This document shows, piece by piece, positions 1 to 7,137 of a stretch of DNA of 64,000 nt (its first letter is position 1; every line of letters starts with the position of its first letter). The DNA is from Gammaproteobacteria bacterium (GTDB lineage Bacteria; Pseudomonadota; Gammaproteobacteria; Pseudomonadales; JADFDG01). The notes beneath the pieces are model-generated. The model had not been told where the DNA came from, did not search any database, and saw only the letters and a program-made list of their open reading frames with translations. A program made the position numbers and the translations under genes. The stretch lies in assembly GCA_018262975.1 (NCBI GenBank), contig JADFDG010000002.1:93523-157522 (forward strand), given 5' to 3'.

Positions 1-529
1 TGGAAGGCTCGTCTGCCTTGAACAGTCGCGCGGAGCTGTACCCCAACATCCTCGCGAGGTATGCGGGCCTGGACTCCTCAAGCGGACCGCCCGCCCCGCC
101 CGACAACGCCCGTTCGGCGGCGCGGACGACACTCCGCGCAGAATCGAGCTCCCAGTAACGATGGAGGCCGACCACCTCCAGGTACTCGTGCCAAATGTTG
201 GCGTCGATGAACGCGGGGGTCAGCTGCGATTCGTCGAGAATCTGAACCCGGATCAGGGTCTCACCTGGCACCCGCGCATGGGCCTGCGCAGCCTGCACGA
301 GACGAACGTGGCTCGCGCACACGAATCGGTCGTCCCTACGCCGCCCGCCCCCTGCGACAACGTCTATCGTCGTATAAGACAGGGCCTGCCTGATCGCCTG
401 TCCGAGGGCTGTGCCGCTGCGACTCTCGCCCATCCGGTTGAGGCCCAACTCGGTCAACCGCGCCAGCAGACGGGTGTGCGGCCCGTCGAGTTGGTCCAGT
501 CGGACGGTAACAAAATCACCCTTCTTCAT
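1..529 (-). CDS. hypothetical protein (C-terminal part cut off by window edge)
   Basis: Absent from the ORF track because it is open at the window edge. The minus strand from ATG 529 (GGAGA 7 nt upstream; alternative ATG 541) has no in-frame stop down to nt 1, at least 176 codons (MKKGDFVTVRLDQLDGPHTRLL...). G/C is enriched at minus-strand third codon positions, unlike the antisense track ORF 161..772. No family recognised. Confidence 0.4.
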   Translation of the reverse strand, partial: MKKGDFVTVRLDQLDGPHTRLLARLTELGLNRMGESRSGTALGQAIRQALSYTTIDVVAGGGRRRDDRFVCASHVRLVQAAQAHARVPGETLIRVQILDESQLTPAFIDANIWHEYLEVVGLHRYWELDSARSVVRAAERALSGGAGGPLEESRPAYLARMLGYSSARLFKADEPS

Positions 530-983
530 ATTCGTCTCCATTCCGTTAGTTCAACGCACCACGAGATTTCTCGTTTTGCGTATGAATCTGACGGCGTGGC
601 CCCAACAAATCCGGGCCTTTTGGCGCTCCCTCAGCCAAAGAGAGGGACGATCGGTGCGGTTTTGGCGACAGGCGGCTACCCGCGGCCCTTTTCGCGCTAT
701 CTGCGCCTCCCCTCGGTCTCGAATCGGCGCGCACGGCCTATCCCGGCGAGGCTGCGGGCTCTGCGCGCGTAGGTGTTTGTATGGTGGGCTGCTGCCACGG
801 GCCGGGAAGGGGGCAGCGGATCAGGGAAAGCCCATCCGCTGAGGAAGGTGTCCCACCGGCTTTGAGTCTTACCGACTTCCCTTTGGCTCCGACCTCATTA
901 GACGCCGAATTGGACCGGCGCAGAAGCCGAGGCATGCCTCACGAGTTTCAGACCATGGGTTCACTTCAACACAGTTCTGTTTC

Positions 984-1967
984 TCAACCGAACAGGCTTC
1001 GCACGAGTGCTATGCCGCCCCCCACCACCGTGCCGATCGCACGCCCCACGGCAGCACCCGCGGGGCCGCCGATCATACCGCCCAGTGTCGTGCCGAGCGT
1101 GCCGCCCAGGGTGGCGCCGACGATTACCGATTCGACCAGTGAGGCGCTGATTTCGGCGCGGTAATCAGCCCTGCGGTCGTCGTCCTGCCACATGCGGCTG
1201 TCCTTGTTGATGTCCTGCGCGAAGGCAACGCGCTTCTCCTGCTTCGTGTGGCGCAGCATCCACACCAGAAGTTTTGCGAGGTTGTACGGGTTCTGCACTT
1301 GGCCGCCATCCTTGTACCCGGCGGCATAGTAGATGGGCTCGACATCCACCCCGGTCGCCTCCCTGATGCGCCGCTTTGTGGACGCGACCTTTTCCTCGAG
1401 GAAGGCTGCCAGAGTCGGATCGGGTTGGTTTTCGCCGTGGTTCCAATGGCGGCCCTTCATGGCCATGTCGGCCTGGTTGATCGCCACCAGCAGGCGGGAC
1501 TTGTCGTCGCCCAGGCTCGGGATGATCACCTGGTTGATCAGCTCGAACGAGGTGCCGAGGTCACGACTGCTGCCGTCGAGTACCACCAGCACGAGATCGA
1601 CCAGCAGGTTGCCATCGGCATCCTTCTCGCGCAGCTTGGCGGTGATGTTCTTTGCGTGCCGCAGGTCGGCTTCCTTGCCATCGCCCAGGCCCGGTGAGTC
1701 GAACAGCACGATGTTGTCGAACTCGTAGCGGACGATGTCCATCGTCTCGGGGTCCACGCCTTGGCCGACGCGGGCCTTCTGCGTGTTGAACAGCGCGTTG
1801 ATGGTCGAGGACTTGCCCGACCCCGTGGCGCCGGTGACCAGGATGTTCACCCGGGTGTCGCGCAGGCGCGCGACGTTGCGCAGGAGTTCGGTCTTTGCGC
1901 CTTCCGGCAGGTCCTTGCGGGTGTGGATCTCGCGGATCAGGTCGTCGACGATATGCTGGTGTTGCAT
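984..1967 (-). CDS. P-loop GTPase (YfjP/YeeP-like, MMR_HSR1 type) with C-terminal glycine-zipper membrane segment
   Basis: G1 GATGSGKSS, G3 DSPGLGD and G4 NQAD. The C-terminus VIVGATLGGTLGTTLGGMIGGPAGAAVGRAIGTVVGGGIAL is a GxxxG-rich hydrophobic stretch. Paralog of the next gene. Confidence 0.8.
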   Translation of the reverse strand: MQHQHIVDDLIREIHTRKDLPEGAKTELLRNVARLRDTRVNILVTGATGSGKSSTINALFNTQKARVGQGVDPETMDIVRYEFDNIVLFDSPGLGDGKEADLRHAKNITAKLREKDADGNLLVDLVLVVLDGSSRDLGTSFELINQVIIPSLGDDKSRLLVAINQADMAMKGRHWNHGENQPDPTLAAFLEEKVASTKRRIREATGVDVEPIYYAAGYKDGGQVQNPYNLAKLLVWMLRHTKQEKRVAFAQDINKDSRMWQDDDRRADYRAEISASLVESVIVGATLGGTLGTTLGGMIGGPAGAAVGRAIGTVVGGGIALVRSLFG

Positions 1968-2068
1968 GGTGGCAGTGCTCCGGTGTGATGTCTTTTCGTA
2001 TTGGGTGACGGGTGCAGTCTAGGTGCGGCGTGATGGCGGCCGATCAATCACAAGCTTGCGATGGCAAG

Positions 2069-2809
2069 TCAGGTGACGACCCGGCGGCTGCGCGGCACGT
2101 GCGCCGCGAGGTGGTCCACCAACCCCGGCAGGTTGTAGCGGGCGCGCGCGCTGTAATGCACCGGAAGCCGGATGTTGATGCCAGTTGATTCACGGATGCG
2201 GCGCTGTACGGAAGCCGCCTGGTCCACGAGAAAGGCCGCAAGCGCAGGTTCGGGCCGATTCATTGCCGCGCTCCAGTGCCGTCCTTTCATGGCCATGTCG
2301 GCTTGGTTGATGGCGACCACGATGCGGGCCGGCTCGATGGTGCGGGCCACGACGGTCTCGAGCAGGCGGAACGCCGTGCCTAGGTCCCGCGAACCGCCGT
2401 CGAGCACGACCAGTGCGAGATCGATCAGGCCATACCGTCCGCCATCGACGTGTACGGTGCGCGTCAGGGTTTCCGTGAGCTTGCGCGCATGACGCACGTC
2501 CGCCGCCACGCCGTCGCCGAGGCCGGCGGAGTCGTGGAAGCGGACACGGCGACTGAGGCTGTACCAGGACACCGCCTGCGTCTGCGGGTCGACACCGTCG
2601 CCGACCACCGCCACCCGCCGACCGAAGAGCGCGTTCAGCGTCGAACTCTTGCCGGTACCGGTGCCCCCGACCAGCAGGATGTCGAGTGGCAGCAGCAGGC
2701 CGGCGCCGGTCATACGCGCATCGAGGGCCCGGATGCTGGCGCCGAGCGCGTCGTCATGTTCCGGCGCCGCCATCACGGCAGCGCCAGCGATCTGCGAAAG
2801 AAATGCCAT
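2069..2809 (-). CDS. P-loop GTPase, tandem paralog lacking the glycine-zipper tail
   Basis: G1 GGTGTGKSS, G3 DSAGLGD and G4 NQAD. The block INQADMAMKGRHW...LAAFL...RRIRE(A/S)TG is nearly identical to the neighbouring gene. Start placed at the internal Met (MAFLSQIAG); the track ORF extends to 2914. Confidence 0.75.
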   Translation of the reverse strand: MAFLSQIAGAAVMAAPEHDDALGASIRALDARMTGAGLLLPLDILLVGGTGTGKSSTLNALFGRRVAVVGDGVDPQTQAVSWYSLSRRVRFHDSAGLGDGVAADVRHARKLTETLTRTVHVDGGRYGLIDLALVVLDGGSRDLGTAFRLLETVVARTIEPARIVVAINQADMAMKGRHWSAAMNRPEPALAAFLVDQAASVQRRIRESTGINIRLPVHYSARARYNLPGLVDHLAAHVPRSRRVVT

Positions 2810-3089
2810 GAGGCGCGTGTCCCGTTCCGTTTTCCGTGGGACACACGTTAGCGGGGCAGCCTGCTGCGGCTCCGTACGGCAAGATTGCGGTTGGGTTTCG
2901 CGGCGACCGGCCATCGCGCATGCCGGCCACCCCGGGTTATCGATTCCACCGCCGGGTGCTGCGTATCAACGCGAAGAACTGTAGCGATGTACGGTCGAGG
3001 GCCCAAGAGCACCCCTGATCTGTGAGGTGTATAGATTACGGCGTCCCGTCCTTCGCCTGCGCAGCAACGAGGCGTTAGAAAACCCCACG

Positions 3090-3193
3090 CCCGCCACGTG
3101 GCGGGATCGAGGCCTTACCCCATCACGCGCTGCGCTCGCGCTTCCACAAACTTGTGGCGGTGGGCGTCGGCTACCGGCCTTTCCGCAAACTTG
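3090..3193. promoter_or_regulatory. candidate operator/promoter region upstream of the DUF4258-csx16 pair
   Basis: Perfect 16-bp palindrome CCCGCCACGTGGCGGG (3090-3105). Palindrome CCACAA-AC-TTGTGG (3144-3157). Direct repeat TTCCRCAAACTTG at 3142-3154 and 3181-3193. Function not established. Confidence 0.25.
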
Positions 3194-3260
3194 CCCTTCC
3201 GCGGGTTTGGCGCCGGCGTAGTTACTGTGTGCCCACACATTGACGACGAGGAACGCTACC

Positions 3261-3557
3261 ATGCTCAGCAAGCACGCCACCGCCCGCATGCAGCAACGTG
3301 CCATCGACACCAACATTGTCGACCTGCTGCTCGCCCACGGCGCCCACTTCTACTCGGGTGGATCCGAGGTCTACCTGCTGGACCGCAAGACGCGGGAATA
3401 CATGCAGTCGCACCGCGTGGTGCCCGTCAACGTGCTGGAAAAGTTGCGCGACGCCTACATCGTTGTCGCGAACGATGGCACGATCGTCACCGCCGGCCAC
3501 CGCCATCGCCGGTTTCTCCGGGACATTCCCGGCTATCGCGAGAATGAGTCGGCATGA
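3261..3557 (+). CDS. DUF4258-like small protein (toxin-like fold family)
   Basis: MLSKHATARMQQRAI... resembles the DUF4258 N-terminal H-A-x-x-R-M-x-x-R-x-I signature. GAGGA lies 9 nt upstream of ATG 3261. The stop overlaps the next gene's start (ATGA). Confidence 0.6.
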   Translation: MLSKHATARMQQRAIDTNIVDLLLAHGAHFYSGGSEVYLLDRKTREYMQSHRVVPVNVLEKLRDAYIVVANDGTIVTAGHRHRRFLRDIPGYRENESA

Positions 3558-3883
3558 CAGTCTGGTTCGTCACGCGCCATCCCGGCGCCTTGGACTGGCT
3601 CTACCGCCAGGGCCTGCGCGCAGACCGCGTGGTGCCTCACCTCGACCCGTGCAGTGTGGCTGAAGGGGACACGGTGATCGGCATATTTCCGGTCAACCTG
3701 GTGGCGGAGCTCTGCGAGCGCAACGTCCGCTACCTGCACATCAGCGTGCGGCTGCCACCGGCATTGCGCGGCGTTGAGTTGAGCGCAACGCAACTGGACC
3801 TGCTGGGCGCGACACTCGAGCAGTTCAGCGTACAGCGCCTGCCGGCCGCCGGTCAGGCGACCGAACCAAGCAACCGGGACTGA
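3554..3883 (+). CDS. csx16: Csx16-like protein (VVA1548 family; candidate cyclic-oligoadenylate ring nuclease family)
   Basis: 109 aa. MTVWFVTRHPGALDWLYRQGL...GDTVIGIFPVNLVAEL...RYLHISVRLP...RGVELSATQL matches my recollection of the Csx16/TIGR02620 pattern (M.T.F.(S/T)RHPGA..W....G; G..PVNLAAE). From memory, not searched. Confidence 0.65.
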   Translation: MTVWFVTRHPGALDWLYRQGLRADRVVPHLDPCSVAEGDTVIGIFPVNLVAELCERNVRYLHISVRLPPALRGVELSATQLDLLGATLEQFSVQRLPAAGQATEPSNRD

Positions 3884-3902
3884 TCGCCCGCACCCACGGA
3901 AC

Positions 3903-5162
3903 CTAGGCCCGCGACAGGCGCTTCACCGCCTTCGCCATGAACGGACCGAGTTCGCCGAATTCCCGGTCCGTCAGGAAGCCGCCCGGGGCGCTGTATACGC
4001 CTTCCTCGGCGCGAATGGAATACGCGGAAGACAGCGCGCCTTCCAGTGCTGTCTGGCAACGCGACAAGCGCGGCCGGAAGAAATGCTCGATATCCGCCGG
4101 TGCGTTTTTCCACCCCGGCGCCGCCATTTCCTGGCGCAAGGCATCCACCAGCGTGTCCGCGCTCTCGCCCGGCAACCGGTCCAGCCACGCTTTCGCCGCC
4201 TGGTATTCGAGGAAGCAGCGACGCAGGTGCGCGGCATAGCGGTCGGTGTAGCGGTCGCCGTCACGCACCAGCACCGCGTCGCCCTGGCCGGCTCGCGCGC
4301 GCCACGCGAGCCAGTAAATCGCCACCACCTGCGCCGGCTCCAGCGCCAGCCGCGTGGCGCCGAACTTCACCCAGGCGTCGCCACGGCGCGCCGAGCACTC
4401 CATCGGCAGGACCACGCCGGACTGTTCTTCGGCGATGGCTCGCAGGATGTCCTCGAATTGCATGTCGGCGTTTTTCAGGCGCGTGATGTTGGTGGCCTTC
4501 GCCAGGCTCACCACCGGGAATTCGGTCATTTCGATGATGTCCGACGCATCCGCCGGGCTGCCGTTGCGCAGGAGCTCATCCTGACCGGGGTAGAAGAAAT
4601 CGTCCGATTCGTATCCCTGCTTCACGATGATGTGGGAGATGGTGTCGCCGGGGCGACCGAAGATGTTCATGGACTGCCCGAGGTAGTAGCCCATGGTCTT
4701 GCGGCCGCCGGCAATCGAGGCGTGGATGCGGCAGGGCACCTTCCGCTCGGGGTCGGTAAAGGCACGCACCACGCGCAGCACGGTGTTGGCAAAGGCGGTG
4801 AATTCCCGGGAATTGCGCACGTCCTCGAATTCGCGGCCGTGCTCGTCGCGCGGCACGTGCACGTCCTCCAGCGCGAACGCCATCGGCCAGCCGTTGGACC
4901 GGCACATCCGTTCGACACGCGGCGTATCGAACAATTGCTCCTTCAGGAGGCGCCGGCCCTTGCCGCTGGTAATCACCACGACCCGGTCGGGAACGAACGG
5001 GTCCGGACGGCGCAGTTTCGCGATGGCGTACCAGGTTTCGGTCAGGACAGAAGGTGTCGTGCCCAGCACGGCAAGCAGGATGTTTTCCGGGCGGGATGCC
5101 GCGGCATTCGCGGCGCGCCGACGCGGCGCTTTTCCCTGCGTGACTTGTGGCTTGCTGTCCAT
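3903..5162 (-). CDS. CARF-domain protein, Cas_NE0113 (Csx14)-type, with uncharacterised C-terminal half (possibly wHTH)
   Basis: ILLAVLGTTPSVLTETWYAI, FVPDRVVVITS, the E-DVRN region, HASIAGGRKTMGYYLG..FGRPGDTISHIIV...DFFYP. Together these form the characteristic NE0113-family CARF signature. About 200 C-terminal aa are unassigned. Confidence 0.8.
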   Translation of the reverse strand: MDSKPQVTQGKAPRRRAANAAASRPENILLAVLGTTPSVLTETWYAIAKLRRPDPFVPDRVVVITSGKGRRLLKEQLFDTPRVERMCRSNGWPMAFALEDVHVPRDEHGREFEDVRNSREFTAFANTVLRVVRAFTDPERKVPCRIHASIAGGRKTMGYYLGQSMNIFGRPGDTISHIIVKQGYESDDFFYPGQDELLRNGSPADASDIIEMTEFPVVSLAKATNITRLKNADMQFEDILRAIAEEQSGVVLPMECSARRGDAWVKFGATRLALEPAQVVAIYWLAWRARAGQGDAVLVRDGDRYTDRYAAHLRRCFLEYQAAKAWLDRLPGESADTLVDALRQEMAAPGWKNAPADIEHFFRPRLSRCQTALEGALSSAYSIRAEEGVYSAPGGFLTDREFGELGPFMAKAVKRLSRA

Positions 5163-5320
5163 TTTTCACCCTCGCCTGCCATGCCGGCCGCCATTCATCC
5201 CCCGAATGCGACCGCTCGGTGTGTTACTCACGAAGTCTGACAATACCACCTTGAACCATCCCGAGGGGGCCTGCGAAAGTACCGGCGCTGCGTGCAATCA
5301 ACAAGAAGTCCGGGACCAGG

Positions 5321-5638
5321 ATGTCCGACGTACACACGCCTGCCTTGCCGCAAGGCTCACACGCTTCCATGCCGGCCGCGGCCTCGCTGCTTGGCGAACT
5401 CGACGCACACCTGCAACACCTCGTGCAGGGCCATTCCCGCTATACCCGCCACTGCCTCTACCGCGGCGACACCGCGCTTGCCACCTACGACCGCGAGTGG
5501 GCGCAGTCGATGTCCACGCAGCTGGACGCCTTCGCGGCGGACATTCGTGCGAACGCGTGGCACTCGGACAACTACTGGGACCAGCTGCCGGCCATGTGGC
5601 TCATCGAGCAGGCCTACCAGCTCGCAGCGAGGTATTAG
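5321..5638 (+). CDS. small hypothetical protein (first gene of the array divergent from the CARF gene)
   Basis: 105 aa with strong GC3 bias consistent with real coding sequence. No family recognised. Confidence 0.5.
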   Translation: MSDVHTPALPQGSHASMPAAASLLGELDAHLQHLVQGHSRYTRHCLYRGDTALATYDREWAQSMSTQLDAFAADIRANAWHSDNYWDQLPAMWLIEQAYQLAARY

Positions 5639-5770
5639 GGGGCTTCCGCAAGATTGTGGAAACGGGCAGCCGCGGACGTTTCCCTATGATGCCGATCATT
5701 CACCGCCGCGAACCGAATCGCGACGGCACGCAAACCAGACAACCCTTTCATTCCGGAGTCGCAAGCCACC

Positions 5771-6442
5771 ATGGCTACCGAATTTGCCATCGCCAGCCCC
5801 CGCCCCCTCCCCGTCATCATCCTGGCCGACGTCAGCGGCAGCATGGAGGAAGACGGCAACATCCACACCATGAACGCCGCGCTCAAGGACATGCTGCGCG
5901 CCTTCCGCGAGGAAAGCCGCCTGCGAGCCGAGATCCAGGTGGCGTTGATCACCTTCGGCGACACGGCCACCGTGGCGCACACGCTGCAGCCGGCACACAC
6001 CGTGGCGCCGTGGCCGGACCTCACGGCCCATGGCATGACGCCGATGGGCAAGGCCATCGAGCTCGCCCGCGCAATGCTCGAGGACAAGGACCAGGTGCCC
6101 TCGCGTGCGTATCGCCCGGTGGTGGTGCTGGTATCCGACGGGCAACCCAACGACGAGTGGGAAAAGCCGCTCGCTGCGTTCGCGGCCTCCGAGCGCGCCT
6201 CCAAGGCGACGCGTTTCGCCATGGGCATCGGCAACGGCGCGGACATGGCCGTGCTCAGGCGCTTTGCCAATGACCGCGAGGCGCCGGTATTCCATGCCCA
6301 CCAGGCAAGGGACATTCACCGGTTCTTCCGCGCCGTGACCATGAGCGTGGCGCAGCGGACGCAGTCGAACAGCCCGAACGATCCGGTGCCGCTGAAGGTG
6401 GTCGACCTGCCGGCCGACGACCTCGACCTGGACAACCTGTGA
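5771..6442 (+). CDS. vWA-domain protein, TerY-like
   Basis: MIDAS-type start PVIILADVSGSM, later TPMG and VVVLVSDGQPND. Length and layout are typical of TerY/vWA proteins. Confidence 0.85.
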   Translation: MATEFAIASPRPLPVIILADVSGSMEEDGNIHTMNAALKDMLRAFREESRLRAEIQVALITFGDTATVAHTLQPAHTVAPWPDLTAHGMTPMGKAIELARAMLEDKDQVPSRAYRPVVVLVSDGQPNDEWEKPLAAFAASERASKATRFAMGIGNGADMAVLRRFANDREAPVFHAHQARDIHRFFRAVTMSVAQRTQSNSPNDPVPLKVVDLPADDLDLDNL

Positions 6443-7137
6443 TCCGCGTGGCTGGCGCCACCGCTACCGGGCCGTACCACGTGCGCGCGCGGCAGCCCAA
6501 CCAGGACGCCGTACTCGCCCATGGGTGGCGCGGCGGCTGCTTGCTGGCCGTCAGCGACGGCCTCGGCTCGCGGCCACGCAGCCAGATCGGTTCGCGTGCT
6601 GCCGTCCGCGCGGCACGGGCGGTGGTTCGCAACAGTCCGGAGCCGGACCTGGTCACGCTCGCGGAGCGAATCCGGCAGGCGTGGGAAGCCGGTATCGCAC
6701 CGTACGCGCCAGCAGAAGTGGCCTGCACGCTGCTGGTCGCGGCCGTCGATGCGCAAGGCAACGGATTCGCGGCCCAACTCGGCGACGGGCTTGCCCTTTG
6801 GCATGACGGCGAGCACCTGCACGTCATCAGCCAGCCAAAGCCGGACTTCTCCAACGAAACCAGCGGGCTCGGAATTTCGCGGAGCACGTCGGACTGGACG
6901 TTCGCAGCCATTTCGCTGGCGAAGCCCGACAGCGGCATCGTGCTCATGTCGGACGGCGTAGCAGACGACCTGCAGCCCGACAGTCTCGCCAACACGATCG
7001 CGCTGCTCCGACAACGGCTCGCACAACGCAGTCGCCGCGCCCAGCAGCGATGGCTCCTGCGCCAATTCGCCGGCTGGCCGGCTCACGCCGGTGATGACGA
7101 CAAATCGATGGCCATGGCTTTCAGGTGCTCTGCATGA
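6439..7137 (+). CDS. PP2C-family Ser/Thr phosphatase
   Basis: NQDA, LLAVSDGLGS, LGDG and VLMSDGVADDL motifs. The GTG start overlaps the vWA stop (GTGA). Confidence 0.8.
   Translation: MIRVAGATATGPYHVRARQPNQDAVLAHGWRGGCLLAVSDGLGSRPRSQIGSRAAVRAARAVVRNSPEPDLVTLAERIRQAWEAGIAPYAPAEVACTLLVAAVDAQGNGFAAQLGDGLALWHDGEHLHVISQPKPDFSNETSGLGISRSTSDWTFAAISLAKPDSGIVLMSDGVADDLQPDSLANTIALLRQRLAQRSRRAQQRWLLRQFAGWPAHAGDDDKSMAMAFRCSA

Noticed and set aside
161-842. Track ORFs 161..772 (+) and 411..842 (+) as genes.
   Set aside because: Their translations are low-complexity and Arg/Pro-rich. Third-position G/C enrichment favours the opposite strand, where an edge-truncated ORF (1..529, minus) with an RBS is found.
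560-983. A ~420-bp gene-less stretch with a hairpin CAGCGGAT-n12-ATCCGCTG (about 813-842) as a possible ncRNA. The similar gap is 2915-3260.
   Set aside because: I could not recognise any known RNA family, repeat structure or promoter/terminator pair by eye. It is only mentioned within the GTPase finding as something to scan with covariance models.
3261-5162. Possible CRISPR-Cas locus, because Csx16- and CARF-type genes are present.
   Set aside because: Reading the flanking non-coding stretches (560-983, 2915-3260, 5163-5320, 17560-17712, 20744-22190), I found no regularly spaced direct repeats and no cas1, cas2, cas10 or cas7-like ORFs. By-eye scanning is not exhaustive, so a CRISPR finder should still be run.
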